Positions 44,496 to 54,752 of a stretch of 64,000 nucleotides of DNA are shown here, one piece after another. Origin of the DNA: Vicinamibacteria bacterium (GTDB lineage Bacteria; Acidobacteriota; Vicinamibacteria; Fen-336; CBDFGD01); assembly GCA_965246965.1 (NCBI GenBank), contig CBDFGD010000001.1, positions 12,503 through 76,502 of the forward strand. The letters run 5' to 3'. Position 1 is the stretch's first letter, and each line of letters starts with the position of its first letter. A program made the translations under genes and the position numbers. The notes beneath the pieces were generated by a model. That model had not been told where the DNA came from and ran no database searches. It saw nothing but the letters and a program-made list of their open reading frames with translations.

Positions 44496-45249
44496 CCGCG
44501 ACGATCCGGGCCCGGGACCCGGCGTCGAGGCCGTGCTTGCGCAGGAGGTCTCGCAGCGTGCCAGGAGCGACCCAGCTCCGACGTGCCTCCTGTTCGATTT
44601 CCGATACCGTCTGCTGAATCTCGGCCAGGAGCCTCAGGATGTCTCCCTTGAGGGTGGGGCAACCCCCTCGGGCCAGCGCGCTCCTCGTCGTCGTACAGCC
44701 CTCACCGTATGTTCTGATCTTGCTCTCGAGCCCCTGGACTTTGGGACCGAGAGCCGCGAGGGCTGAATCGAGGCGCCGCACCCCTTCCTCTCTCATGGCC
44801 GACACCGAGTCCACCTCTTTCGCTGCCTGCTCCGCCTCCGCATTCAGCAGCACCGGATCGGGTCTGGGTTCGATCCGTGGAGCAGGGGCGCGCGGCGCCC
44901 GCGAGACCGGCGCCGGCTCCGGAGTGGCAGCGGCGACGAAGGAGGGGAACGTGACCGGTATCGGGCGCTGCGGCGGTTGGGTCGAAGCGCTGGCAGCGGA
45001 CGGCGTCGAAACGGGCGCAGCAGGTGAGGGCTCCGGGCGCTCTAGTGAGGTGACGAGAAGGCCGCCTCCCAGAGCCGCCGCCAGCGTGGAGACGAGCCAG
45101 CCGTTGCCCCGCGCCCCGTCGGCCTGCGGTCTCGCCTGGTCATCGATCTGGCCGCGCTCGACGCCGCAATAGCACGTGGTGACACGGCCGGGGACCGTGC
45201 GGAGGCAGTTGGGGCATTGCCAGGACGCGTCGCTCTTCCGCCCACTCAT
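44464..45249 (-). CDS. hypothetical zinc-ribbon / single-pass membrane protein with a Pro-rich linker
   Basis: WQCPNCLRTVPGRVTTCYCG, a TM segment (WLVSTLAAALGGGLLV), a Pro/Ala-rich linker, and a helical C-terminal domain with 2 Cys. Confidence 0.55.
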   Translation of the reverse strand: MSGRKSDASWQCPNCLRTVPGRVTTCYCGVERGQIDDQARPQADGARGNGWLVSTLAAALGGGLLVTSLERPEPSPAAPVSTPSAASASTQPPQRPIPVTFPSFVAAATPEPAPVSRAPRAPAPRIEPRPDPVLLNAEAEQAAKEVDSVSAMREEGVRRLDSALAALGPKVQGLESKIRTYGEGCTTTRSALARGGCPTLKGDILRLLAEIQQTVSEIEQEARRSWVAPGTLRDLLRKHGLDAGSRARIVAASDRALTGSR

Positions 45250-45260
45250 GCTTCAGAGGC

Positions 45261-45987
45261 CTACCTACGATTCGGGTTGCCCGTGCTGACCAAGCCGAAA
45301 CGGTAGCACGCGATTACTCCCACCCGCTCGCGTTGGCGGCGGGCCAGTCCGACTCGCACGCCCTCGCGCAGCTTCGCCAGCGGATAGAAGGTGCCCCTCC
45401 AGTAGATCCGGCGCTGCACGCCGGCGAGAAGCGCGCTCGAGATCACGACGCCTCCCAGGAGCAGCGTCGTCAGCGGGAGTGCGAGCCCCTCGAAGCCGTT
45501 GCCGTCCCGGTAGAGCACCGAGGTTGAAGGCGCCCATCCCGACGAACCCGCGGGAGCCGGGCACATGAAGCCCCCATGGCCGCAGCTTGAAGTTGAGGAA
45601 CATCGCGAACGTCGCCTGAACGCAACGCTCCCAGAAGCCAGGCGCCATCAACTGCGGCCACGCCACGAGGTGGCCGAGGCCCCTGCTCTCCGCGGCCAGG
45701 CGATCGAGAATCGCACCGGTCTCGTCTCCGGAGCGGTCGTCCACGGCGACGATTTCGAGGTCCGGGTAGTCCTGGTCGAGTAGCGAGCGGATCGCCTCTT
45801 CGACGTCGATCGCCCCGTTCCGCGCCGGGACGATCACCGAAAGACGGGGCCATCCACGCTCCGGCGGCCGTTCGACGTCGACGTCTCTGAGACTGCCGAG
45901 CCGGCCGTGGGCCCCGACGAGCTTCCAGACGAAAGCGCCCCAGACGAGCGCGGGTCCCACGGCGAAGAGAACGCAGACCAGCATCAT
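45261..45987 (-). pseudogene. family-2 glycosyltransferase relic (internal deletions plus a frameshift)
   Basis: The N-terminus is normal (LSVIVPARNGAIDVEEAIRSLLDQDYPDLEIVAVDDRSGDETGAILDRL). It then jumps directly to ...WPQLMAPGFWERCVQ...GMGAFNL. The C-terminal TM part (LYRDGNGFEGLALPLTTLLLGGVVISS...YWRGTFY) is in the frame of ORF 45261..45566. The catalytic middle section expected in this family is missing. Confidence 0.6.
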
Positions 45988-46143
45988 TGCTCGGTCACCG
46001 AAGCGTCATCCCGAATGAGCCACGATATTTGGTCCTTCCCGTGCGCGGCGTCGAGCCATGGAATGAGCAAAGTCGTATCACACTGTCCCCTGATCGGTGG
46101 AATGGGGCCCAAGGCTATACTCGGTCCCCGTCGGAGGTGCACG

Positions 46144-46593
46144 ATGGCGAGCGAGCCCGGCGGTGAGCTGCTGAAGATCTGGATTAAGCGAAAGAGCGGC
46201 GAACCCATGGATCCTGTCGACGCGGCCCGCCTCGAGTCCGGGCGTGGACTCGTCGGAAACGCCGACCAGGGCGGGCGCCGCCAGGTGACGCTGATCGACG
46301 TGGACAAATGGGCGGAGACGATGCGCGAGCTCGGCGATCCGGGCGTCGATCCCGCAGCTCGTCGCGCGAACCTGTTGATCCGGGGTATCGACCTCGAGCA
46401 GAGCCGCGATCGCATCATCCGTGTCGGCGCCTGTCGGCTCAAGGTGCGCGGCGAGACCCGCCCGTGTCAGCAGATGGATCGCGCCTGGGACGGGCTCCGC
46501 GAGGCACTAAAGCCCGCCTGGCGCGCCGGAGCGTTCGCCGAAGTGCTCGAAAGCGGCGAGATCGCGATCGGCCAGCCGGTAGGCTGGGAGTGA
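46144..46593 (+). CDS. MOSC domain-containing protein
   Basis: GLVGNADQGGRRQVTLID..., ANLLIRGIDL, LKVRGETRPCQQMD (conserved Cys). Confidence 0.85.
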   Translation: MASEPGGELLKIWIKRKSGEPMDPVDAARLESGRGLVGNADQGGRRQVTLIDVDKWAETMRELGDPGVDPAARRANLLIRGIDLEQSRDRIIRVGACRLKVRGETRPCQQMDRAWDGLREALKPAWRAGAFAEVLESGEIAIGQPVGWE

Positions 46594-46616
46594 GATCGAA
46601 ACTGAAAGGGGACAAG

Positions 46617-49600
46617 GTGGGGATCCAGGCCAGGGCACTCGTAGTCTCAGCGGCAGTGCTGGGTCTGACCGGCGCGTCGGCCGCGGAAGAGACGAGCGAC
46701 GCGAAGCTCTCGGCCGGGACGTACGCCGGCTTGGAGTTCCGCAGCATCGGGCCGGCCCAGACGTCCGGCAGGATCGCCGACTTCGCCGTCGTCCCGGGGC
46801 AACCCAGCAGCTACTACGTCGCCGTCGCGTCTGGCGGGGTCTGGAAGACGACGAACGCGGGCACGACGTGGAAGCCGATCTTCGACGAGCAGGGTTCGTA
46901 TTCGACCGGGTGCGTCAGCGTCGATCCCAACGATTCACTCGTGGTCTGGGTGGGCACCGGAGAGAACAACAGCCAGCGCAGCGTCGGATACGGCGATGGT
47001 GTCTACAAGTCCATCGACGGCGGTCAGACCTGGAACAACGTCGGACTGAAGGACTCCGAGCACATCGCCAAGATCCTGATCGATCCCCGCGACTCCGACG
47101 TCGTCTACATCGCGGCGCAGGGCCCGCTCTGGTCCGCCGGTGGGGACCGCGGCCTCTACAAGACGACCGACGGCGGCGCGACGTGGGAGGCGGTGCTCGA
47201 AATCTCAGAGAACACGGGCGTGACCGACGTGGCATTCGATCCGCGCAACCCCGACGTCCTCTATGCGGCAGCGTACCAGCGGCGTCGCCACGTCTGGACG
47301 CTCATCGACGGCGGCCCGGAGTCCGCTCTCTATAAATCGACGGACGCCGGCATGAGCTGGCGCAAGCTCACGAACGGGCTGCCGAAAGCCGACCTGGGGC
47401 GCATCGGTCTCGCCGTCTCGCCGGCCGACCCGGACGTCGTCTACGCCATCGTCGAGGCCGCCGAAAAGCGCGGCTTCTACCGCTCGACCAACGCCGGCGG
47501 CAGCTTCGAACGGATGAGCGGCCACATGTCGAGCGCCGCGATGTACTACAACGAGATCTTCGCGGACCCGAAGAAGGTCGACCGGGTCTACTCGATGGAT
47601 ACCTTCCTCATGGTCACCGAGGACGGAGGCAAGAGCTTTGTGCGACTCGGGGAGTCCAACAAGCACGTCGACAACCACGCGATGTGGATCGATCCCGAGA
47701 ACACCGATTACCTGCTCGTGGGCTGCGACGGCGGCATCTACGAGAGCTTCGACCGCGGCGAGAACTGGGCCTACAAGGACAACCTACCGGTGACGCAGTT
47801 CTACCGTGTCACGGTCGACAACGCGGAGCCCTTTTACAACGTCTACGGTGGCACCCAGGACAACGCCACGCTCGGCGGCCCGTCGCGCACGACGACCACG
47901 CACGGGATCACCAATGCCGACTGGTTCGTGACCGTCTTCGGCGATGGCTTCGAGACCCAGGTGGACCCCACCAACCCGAACATCGTCTACTCGCAGTGGC
48001 AATACGGCGGTCTCGTGCGGCACGATCGCAAGACCGGCGAGGTCGTCGACATCAAGCCCCAGTCCGGCCCGGCCGACGAGGCCCTCCGCTTCAACTGGGA
48101 CTCGCCGCTGCTGATCAGCCCCCACTCGCCGACGCGCATCTACTTCGCGGCGCAGCGCGTGTTCCGCAGCGACGACCGTGGCGACACCTGGCGCGTCGTC
48201 AGCGAGGACCTGACGACCGGCACCGATCGCAACACGCTGCCGGTCATGGGTCGCGTGTGGGGGGTCGACGCGGTGGCGAAGCACATCGGCACAACCCCTT
48301 ACGGAAACATCGTCGCCCTGACTGAGTCGCCGCGCGTCGAGGACCTGCTCTACGCGGGCACCGACGACGGGCTGATCCAGGTTTCGGAGGACGGAGGGGA
48401 CAGCTGGCGGCGCATCGAGTCCGTGCCGGGCGTCCCGCAGACGACCTACGTCAACGACCTCGACGCCTCGCTGCACCACGACGACACCGTCTTCGCTGCG
48501 TTCAACAACCACAAGCGCGGCGACTTCATGCCGTACGTGCTGAAGAGCACCGATCGCGGGCGTAGCTGGACGAGCATCGTTGGCAACCTGCCCGAGCGGG
48601 GCACCGCCTACGCCCTCGCGGAAGACCACGTCGATCCGAATCTGCTCTTCGTCGGCACCGAGTTCGGCGTGTTCTTCACCCCCGACGGAGGGGGAGAGTG
48701 GATCCAGCTCGAGGGCGGTCTGCCCACGATCGCGGTGCGCGACATCGACATCCAGCGCCGTGAGAACGACCTCGTCCTCGGTACGTTCGGCCGCGGCTTC
48801 TACGTCCTCGACGACTACTCGCCTTTGCGGGGAGCCTCTGAAGTCGAGCTCTCGAAGGAAGCCGTGCTGTTCGAGCCGCGCCAGGCCTGGATGTTCATCC
48901 CGAGCAGCCCCTGGGGGCTGCCCGGCAAGGCGTTCCAGGGCGCCACTTTCTACACCGCCCCCAACCCGCCTTACGGCGCCGTTTTCACCTACTACCTGAG
49001 TGACTCGCTGCTCACGAACAAGGAGATTCGCCAGCGCACCGATCGAGAGCTGGCGGAGCAGGGGAAGGACGTTCCGAATCCGAGCTGGGAGGAGCTGCAG
49101 GCCGAGGATCGCGAAGTCAAGCCCGGCATCGTCCTGACCATCAAGGACAGCGACGGCAATGTCGTCCGCCGCGTCGAGGGCTCGGCGAAGAAGGGCTTCC
49201 AGCGCGTCGCCTGGGATCTGCGGCACCCCGCGACCAACCCCACCGACCTGTCGGCACCCGACACCGGAAACCCGTTCCGCTCGATCCCCGAGGGGCCGCT
49301 CGCGATGCCGGGGCGGTACACCGTCAGCCTCGCAAAGACGATCGGCGGACGACTCGAGCCGCTCGGCGAGGAGAAGTCGTTCGATGCCGTGGTCCTCGGG
49401 ACGCACAGCCTGGGCGAGCCGGACCGGGCCGAGCTGCTCGCGTTTCAGAAGAAGACGGCCCGACTGCAACGTGCGGTGCTTGGATCCGTCGAGGCCCTCG
49501 CGGAGATGGGCACGCGCATCGAGCACCTGGAGCGTGCGCTCGCGGACACTCCCGCCGCCGATCCGGCCTGGAGCGGCGAGCTACACGAGCTGCGGGAACG

Positions 49601-49901
49601 CACCGCGGACCTCGAAGATGCGCTTGCCGGAGACCGGACCCGGCGCACGCACAGGGAGCCCTCGCCTCCCGGGATCTCGCGCCGCGTCGACAGCATCGTC
49701 CAGGGGCACTGGGGCACGACCGGTCCGCCGACCCAGACCCATCGCGAGGCGTACGCCATCGCAGCAGGGCAGTTCGCCGCTGCACTCGGGGACCTCCGCG
49801 CGCTCGCCGGCGATCTGGCCGCCCTGGAAGACCGCGCCGAGGCGGCGGGCGCGCCGTGGACGCCCGGACGCATCCCCACCTGGGAGCCGGAGGGGCGCTA
49901 G
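46617..49901 (+). CDS. secreted BNR/sortilin(VPS10)-like repeat protein (~1090 aa)
   Basis: GTG at 46617 follows GAAAGGGG. Signal peptide. Repeated SxDxGxTW motifs (NAGTTWKP, SIDGGQTWNN, TTDGGATWEA, STDAGMSWRK, TEDGGKSF, SEDGGDSWRR, STDRGRSWTS, TPDGGGEW). Confidence 0.85.
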   Translation: MGIQARALVVSAAVLGLTGASAAEETSDAKLSAGTYAGLEFRSIGPAQTSGRIADFAVVPGQPSSYYVAVASGGVWKTTNAGTTWKPIFDEQGSYSTGCVSVDPNDSLVVWVGTGENNSQRSVGYGDGVYKSIDGGQTWNNVGLKDSEHIAKILIDPRDSDVVYIAAQGPLWSAGGDRGLYKTTDGGATWEAVLEISENTGVTDVAFDPRNPDVLYAAAYQRRRHVWTLIDGGPESALYKSTDAGMSWRKLTNGLPKADLGRIGLAVSPADPDVVYAIVEAAEKRGFYRSTNAGGSFERMSGHMSSAAMYYNEIFADPKKVDRVYSMDTFLMVTEDGGKSFVRLGESNKHVDNHAMWIDPENTDYLLVGCDGGIYESFDRGENWAYKDNLPVTQFYRVTVDNAEPFYNVYGGTQDNATLGGPSRTTTTHGITNADWFVTVFGDGFETQVDPTNPNIVYSQWQYGGLVRHDRKTGEVVDIKPQSGPADEALRFNWDSPLLISPHSPTRIYFAAQRVFRSDDRGDTWRVVSEDLTTGTDRNTLPVMGRVWGVDAVAKHIGTTPYGNIVALTESPRVEDLLYAGTDDGLIQVSEDGGDSWRRIESVPGVPQTTYVNDLDASLHHDDTVFAAFNNHKRGDFMPYVLKSTDRGRSWTSIVGNLPERGTAYALAEDHVDPNLLFVGTEFGVFFTPDGGGEWIQLEGGLPTIAVRDIDIQRRENDLVLGTFGRGFYVLDDYSPLRGASEVELSKEAVLFEPRQAWMFIPSSPWGLPGKAFQGATFYTAPNPPYGAVFTYYLSDSLLTNKEIRQRTDRELAEQGKDVPNPSWEELQAEDREVKPGIVLTIKDSDGNVVRRVEGSAKKGFQRVAWDLRHPATNPTDLSAPDTGNPFRSIPEGPLAMPGRYTVSLAKTIGGRLEPLGEEKSFDAVVLGTHSLGEPDRAELLAFQKKTARLQRAVLGSVEALAEMGTRIEHLERALADTPAADPAWSGELHELRERTADLEDALAGDRTRRTHREPSPPGISRRVDSIVQGHWGTTGPPTQTHREAYAIAAGQFAAALGDLRALAGDLAALEDRAEAAGAPWTPGRIPTWEPEGR

Positions 49902-49924
49902 CCTCCGCCCTCGAGAGTGAGCCG

Positions 49925-51385
49925 ATGAAGATCCTGATCGTCGAGGACAGTCGAGTGGTCCGCGCGTTTCTCGAGTCCTGGGTCCGGGACAACGAGCATG
50001 AATCGGTCGCGGTCTCGGATGCCGAGGAGGCCCTGGTCCGCCTCAACACGGGCCGTTTCGAGATGATCCTGGTCGACCTGAAGCTCCCTGGAATCGACGG
50101 CATCGAGCTCGTGCGCCGGATTCGCGCGAGCGCCAGCGGTGACGATCCCCGCATCGTCATTGTGACGGGCAGCGAGGACCCGTCGCTCTTGAGCCGAGCC
50201 CTGGAGGCGGGCGCGGACGAGTACCTGTTGAAGGGATCCGGCGAGGCCGCGTTGAGCGTCAGGCTCAAGATCTCGGTGCGCCTGGCACGCAGCCGGGTCG
50301 GGCGCGCCGACGCAGAGGAAGCGCTGCGCCGCAGCGAGCAGGGGTTCCGGCAGGTGCTCGACATCGTGCCCCAGTTCTTCTTCGCCAAGAACCAGGAGGG
50401 TCGCTATGTCCTTGCCAACAGGGCGATCGCCGAGGCCTACCAGACGACACCCGAGGAGATGATCGGCAAGCGCGACGAGGACTTCGTCGATCCGGAGAGC
50501 GCGAAGAGGTTTCGGAAGAGCGACCTCGAGGTTCTCGAGTCCGGCGGTGCTGTGACGTATCTCGGCGAAGACGACATGATCGACCTCGAGGGACGCCGAA
50601 GGTACTTCGACATCATCAAGATCCCGTTCGAGCGGGCCGGCTCCCAAGACCCCGCCGTGCTCGGAATCGCCTTGGACATCACGCAGCGCAAGCAGGCCGA
50701 GGCGGCCTTCAGGCGGGCCGAGAAGATGGCCGCGCTCGGCGGCATCGTGGCGGGCATGGCTCACGAGATTCGCAACCCGCTGTTCGGGCTGACGGCCTCG
50801 CTAGACGCCTACGAAGCCCGTTTCGCCCCGAAGGACGGCTCGCATTCCGACCACTTCGACAGGATGCGGACGCAGCTCATGAGGGTTTCGGGGCTCATCG
50901 AGGACCTGCTCGAGTACGGCAAGCCTCACGAGCCCAAGCTCGAGCCCGGCTCACTCGCGGAAGCGCTCGAAGAGGCCGTCGAGTCGAGCCGCGAGCTTGC
51001 CTCCCGGAGGAGCATCGCGATCGAGGTAGACGTCTCGGAGACGCCGCCGGTGAACATCGAGCGTGGCCGCGTGATTCAGGTGCTCACGAACGTGCTCGCC
51101 AACGCCATAGAGCACTCGCCAGACGCAAGGTTGGTAAAGGTGGAACTGGCGCCGTCCGGCGACGGAGCCTTCGTGGAGTGTCGCGTTCGCGATGCCGGGC
51201 CCGGCCTTTCCCCGACCTTGCTTCCCTCGCTGTTCGACCCCTTCGTCACGCAGCGCCAGGGCGGAATCGGTCTCGGCCTCGCGATCGCGCACCGCATCGT
51301 CGACGAGCACGGAGGCACGATCGAAGCGTGCAACTCGAACGAGGGCGGAGGGCTGGTCACGATCCGCCTTCCGGCACGCGCATGA
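49925..51385 (+). CDS. hybrid response-regulator / PAS / histidine kinase
   Basis: REC domain (ILIVEDS...ILVDLKLPGIDG...K), PAS (...RYVLANRAIAEAY...), H-box MAHEIRNPL, and an HATPase domain with G-boxes (RDAGPGL, GGIGLGLAI). Confidence 0.9.
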   Translation: MKILIVEDSRVVRAFLESWVRDNEHESVAVSDAEEALVRLNTGRFEMILVDLKLPGIDGIELVRRIRASASGDDPRIVIVTGSEDPSLLSRALEAGADEYLLKGSGEAALSVRLKISVRLARSRVGRADAEEALRRSEQGFRQVLDIVPQFFFAKNQEGRYVLANRAIAEAYQTTPEEMIGKRDEDFVDPESAKRFRKSDLEVLESGGAVTYLGEDDMIDLEGRRRYFDIIKIPFERAGSQDPAVLGIALDITQRKQAEAAFRRAEKMAALGGIVAGMAHEIRNPLFGLTASLDAYEARFAPKDGSHSDHFDRMRTQLMRVSGLIEDLLEYGKPHEPKLEPGSLAEALEEAVESSRELASRRSIAIEVDVSETPPVNIERGRVIQVLTNVLANAIEHSPDARLVKVELAPSGDGAFVECRVRDAGPGLSPTLLPSLFDPFVTQRQGGIGLGLAIAHRIVDEHGGTIEACNSNEGGGLVTIRLPARA

Positions 51386-51422
51386 GGGTCGCTCGGGTAC
51401 CGCTCCGGGGCAGGCCACGCTG

Positions 51423-51455
51423 ACCAGGAGCAGCGGTTCTACCGCTGCTCCTGGT
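51423..51455 (+). terminator. strong GC-rich hairpin downstream of the hybrid kinase gene (no U-tract)
   Basis: ACCAGGAGCAGCGGT-TCT-ACCGCTGCTCCTGGT is a perfect 15-bp stem. Confidence 0.45.
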
Positions 51456-51506
51456 ATCACATTCACCAAAGAGGCCTACCCTACGCGGCACCTCTCGCTC
51501 AAGCCC

Positions 51507-51600
51507 GGAGAACGGCCAAGGCAGCGTCATTCTGAGTGACCGCTCGTCCCTGTTTCGAGCGAAGAATCCGTCCGCTCCTCGTCTCTCGATCGTCAGTTCC
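51507..51600 (-). repeat. dispersed structured repeat, copy D (right arm only, inverted orientation)
   Basis: The reverse complement matches 14222-14320 (...GACGATCGA..GAGGAGC.GACGGATTCTTCGCTC...GAGCGGT.ACTCAGAATGACGCTGCCTTGGCCGTTCTCC). Confidence 0.7.
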
Positions 51601-51654
51601 AGGGGAGTCGGTCGCGTGGACCGGCAGGCCGACGGGTCAGGTCTCGACAGCAGG

Positions 51655-51988
51655 CTAGAACGTGAATCCAGCGCTCAGGCGGAGCGACTTGAGCGTCTCG
51701 CCCTCGTCCCAGTAGATCTGGAAGTCGGCTGCGAGGCGGAAGTCCATTCTCCCGCCAGCATTGATGTCGACGCCCGCGCCGGTCATCACCCCGAACGATG
51801 CCCCAGCGGGGGCCGAGCGAGCCCTGCGAGCTCGCGAGCGATAGATAGCCCCCCAGCGGGACGGACCCACCGTCGGTCTCGAGAGACTTGAGCCACGAGT
51901 AGCCGAATGAAACGGCCGGAGCAGCCGTCGACGGGCGGCCGGCGGAGGTTGCGGCGAGTACGAGCAGCGCCAGGGTGATTCGTCTCAA
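51655..51988 (-). pseudogene. small outer-membrane beta-barrel-like protein, frameshifted in a G5/C5 run
   Basis: A signal peptide (RRITLALLVLAATSAG) and ...FGYSWLKSLETDGGSVPLGGYLSLASS are in one frame. GASFGVMTGAGVDINAGGRMDFRLAADFQIYWDEGETLKSLRLSAGFTF* (terminal Phe) is in the other. The junction is at 51807-51811. Confidence 0.55.
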
Positions 51989-52043
51989 TACGCCTCCGAG
52001 GTCTCTTTCAGGACCACGCTCATCTTAGCGCGAGGCCGCGCGG

Positions 52044-52640
52044 CTAAAGCGCGCCATCCCGCACGATGCGCTCGAGCTGGATCCGGGGACACACGCTCTG
52101 TCGGACGTAGGCGAGCAGGTGGGTCGCCACGCCGCGTACGCGCCTCTCGACTGCTTGGTCGAGACACTTCCCCTTCTCGTCGAAGGCCCGCTGAACGCCG
52201 GCAACCGAGACGGGCAGCGGGAGGGCGATCGCGCCCACGTGGGCGCACACGCTGCGCAACTGCTCGAGCGAGTTGATCGCGCCGATCGCGCCCGCAGCGA
52301 CGCCCAGCAGCATCACGGGCTTGCCGGAGAGGACGGATGGGAAACCGAGGTTCTCGATCACCAGCTTCGTGACGCTGCTGAAGCTGCCGTGGTACTCGGG
52401 TGTGGCGATCACGACGCCCGTGGCGCCCTCGACGATCTTCCGCAGCCTCGAGGGGCCATCGCCCGCCGCGGTCAGTCCCGGCATCGGGAGGTCGAACTCC
52501 TCGGGGTAGATCGCGTCGACCTTCACGTCCGGATCTTGACCCAGCTCGTCGAGGACGAGCCTCAAGGCCATGCGCGTGTAGTTGCCGGGCCGCACGCTTC
52601 CGAAGATCGCGGCGACGCGGATCCTTCCCTCGTGACTCAT
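52044..52640 (-). CDS. NADPH-dependent FMN reductase family protein
   Basis: ATG at 52640 follows GGGAGGG. RVAAIFGSVRPGNYT and VVIATPEYHGSFSSVTKLVIENL are family blocks. Confidence 0.85.
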   Translation of the reverse strand: MSHEGRIRVAAIFGSVRPGNYTRMALRLVLDELGQDPDVKVDAIYPEEFDLPMPGLTAAGDGPSRLRKIVEGATGVVIATPEYHGSFSSVTKLVIENLGFPSVLSGKPVMLLGVAAGAIGAINSLEQLRSVCAHVGAIALPLPVSVAGVQRAFDEKGKCLDQAVERRVRGVATHLLAYVRQSVCPRIQLERIVRDGAL

Positions 52641-52752
52641 CTCGCCCTCCCATGCCCCCTTCAGCCCGCCCGTCGGTCGATTCGCCTGAGGCGCCGGCTG
52701 GGGAGAAGATTGTATCGGCCCACGCGACGGAATCAGTGGGCGAGGAGGCGCC

Positions 52753-53964
52753 ATGAAGGTACTCGTCGCGGACAAATTCGATAAGAACGGTCTCGATGCG
52801 CTCGAGGCGCTCGGCGTCGATCTCACGAACGATGCCTCGCTGGACGGCGACAGCTTGAGCCGAGCGCTGGGCGAGCAAGGCCCCGATGTGCTCGTCGTCC
52901 GGTCGACGAAGGTCAAAGCGCCTTCCATCGAGGCCGCTTCCAGGCTCAGCCTGATCGTGCGCGCCGGGGCCGGCTACGACACGATCGACGTCGCCGCTGC
53001 CTCCGAGAAGGGCATCTTCGTGGCCAACTGCCCGGGCAAGAACTCCGTGGCGGTGGCGGAGCTCGTCTGGGGTCTGATTCTCTCCTGCGATCGGAGAATC
53101 CCCGACCAGACGGCGGACCTGCGCGATGGGATCTGGAAGAAGAAGGAATACGCGAAGGCGCGAGGGGTACACGGCCGCACTCTCGGCGTCGTTGGGCTGG
53201 GCACGATCGGCAGGGAGGTTGCGAGCCGCGGCCGTGCGTTCGGCATGAACGTGATCGCGTGGTCGCGGAGCCTCACACAGGCCCGCGCGTCCGAACTTGG
53301 TATCGGCTACCGGGCGAGTGCCGTCGACGTCGCGCGAGACGCCGATGTCATTTCGATCAACGTCGCCGCCACCGCCGAGACGCGCCACCTCGTCGACGCA
53401 GCCTTCTGCACGGCGCTGCGATCCGGAGCGTACCTGATCAACACGAGTCGCGGCAGTGTGGTCGACGAGGCGGCGCTCCAAGCGGCGATCCGCGACAAGG
53501 GGGTTCGGGCTGGCCTCGACGTGTACGCGAGCGAGCCGACAGCCGGAGGTACGGAGTTCGCGGACGACATCGTGAAAGAGACCGGCGTCTTCGGCACACA
53601 CCACGTGGGCGCGTCCACCGATCAGGCTCAGCAAGCCATAGCCGGGGAGGCGGTTCGCATCATCGAGTCCTACTTGAAGACCGGCCAGGTTCCGAACTGC
53701 GTCAACCACGCCGCGAAGACGTTGGCGACGTGCTTGCTGACGGTTCGGCACCGGAACCGGCCGGGCGTGCTGGCCCACGTCTTCGATGCGCTCGGCGATG
53801 TGGGGATCAACGTCGAAGAGATGGAGAACCTGATTTACGAAGGCGAGCAGGCTGCGTGCGCGCGAGTCCAGCTCGCGGCGCTTCCCGCAGCCGAGACGCT
53901 GACTCGCATCCGCGAGAACGAGAACATCCTCGCGGTGGACCTGACCGAGCTTACTGAGGGTTGA
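52753..53964 (+). CDS. serA: D-3-phosphoglycerate dehydrogenase (with C-terminal ACT-like domain)
   Basis: MKVLVADK..., GVVGLGTIGREVA (NAD site), INTSRGSVVDE, HVGAST. The C-terminal ~80 aa are ACT-like. Confidence 0.9.
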   Translation: MKVLVADKFDKNGLDALEALGVDLTNDASLDGDSLSRALGEQGPDVLVVRSTKVKAPSIEAASRLSLIVRAGAGYDTIDVAAASEKGIFVANCPGKNSVAVAELVWGLILSCDRRIPDQTADLRDGIWKKKEYAKARGVHGRTLGVVGLGTIGREVASRGRAFGMNVIAWSRSLTQARASELGIGYRASAVDVARDADVISINVAATAETRHLVDAAFCTALRSGAYLINTSRGSVVDEAALQAAIRDKGVRAGLDVYASEPTAGGTEFADDIVKETGVFGTHHVGASTDQAQQAIAGEAVRIIESYLKTGQVPNCVNHAAKTLATCLLTVRHRNRPGVLAHVFDALGDVGINVEEMENLIYEGEQAACARVQLAALPAAETLTRIRENENILAVDLTELTEG

Positions 53965-54628
53965 GCTCGTGCGTCGCGTCGACGCGATCGTAGACGCGCT
54001 GGATCTCGATCTTGCCCATCTGTCCCATTTCGATCTTGGCCTCGACCGTGAGTCGTTGCCCGTCCTCGGAAAGGAGATAGCGCTCGCGCTGGGTTCCGCG
54101 CTCGCCCTTGCGCTCGACCTCGAGGACACCCTTCTTCCAGCGCGCCTTCACCTCGACGAGACGGCCCTCGCCGTAGTCGCGGTTCACCTTGCGCCCGTCG
54201 GTGTAGAGGACGCGCCCTTGCTGGGCGCCGTCGACGACGGTCAGCGCCGGGGCCTCATACTCGATCGACAAGCTCCTGACGGCTTCCGGGTTGCCGAAGG
54301 GGCCGCGACGTCGCTGACCGTCCTCGCCCATGTCGGCTCCGCCAGGCCCGCCCCCGCCCGAACGGCCACCCTGGCGCCCACCTCCCATGCCTCCGCCGGA
54401 CTGGCCGCCGCCCCGGCCCCCGCCGGGCTGGCCACCGCCTCTGCCTCCACCCCGACCGCCGCCGCGCCTGCCTCTCATCTCCCGTATCTTCTCGCGCGGA
54501 TCGTCGCTCAGCTCTTCGTTGAGCTGCCATTCACCGCTGAGGTCGACGTCATCCTTCTCGTCATCAGCTGCGACGGCGCCGAGGCCGAGCCCCAGTCCCA
54601 CCAGCGCGATCGGAAGCCAAAGTTTCAT
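53951..54628 (-). CDS. secreted hypothetical protein with a long RGG/GGG low-complexity tract
   Basis: ATG at 54628. Signal peptide MKLWLPIALVGLGLGLGAVAA, then GRRGGGRGGGRGGGQPGGGRGGGQSGGGMGGGRQGGRSGGGGPGG, then a beta-rich C-terminal domain. Confidence 0.65.
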   Translation of the reverse strand: MKLWLPIALVGLGLGLGAVAADDEKDDVDLSGEWQLNEELSDDPREKIREMRGRRGGGRGGGRGGGQPGGGRGGGQSGGGMGGGRQGGRSGGGGPGGADMGEDGQRRRGPFGNPEAVRSLSIEYEAPALTVVDGAQQGRVLYTDGRKVNRDYGEGRLVEVKARWKKGVLEVERKGERGTQRERYLLSEDGQRLTVEAKIEMGQMGKIEIQRVYDRVDATHELNPQ

Positions 54629-54752
54629 GTGCCGGTCCTCTCTCCCACTCCCGAGGCTATCGCCCCCCGACCTCGAAATACAAAAGGTGCGGCCGCGAGC
54701 TCCGGGTGGAGGGGTCGCCGGGGCGAGACCCGGAGCCTGCGGCCGCGTGAAG

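Noticed and set aside
47784-49526. Large antisense ORFs: 47784-49526 (-), 51985-54129 (-), 42864-43976 (-), 61305-62786 (-), 7174-8214 (+), 24206-25126 (+), 56796-58091 (-)
   Set aside because: Each lies opposite a gene with strong family signatures. Their translations are low-complexity Arg/Gly/Asp/Glu-rich with no motifs. They are classic GC-rich mirror ORFs.
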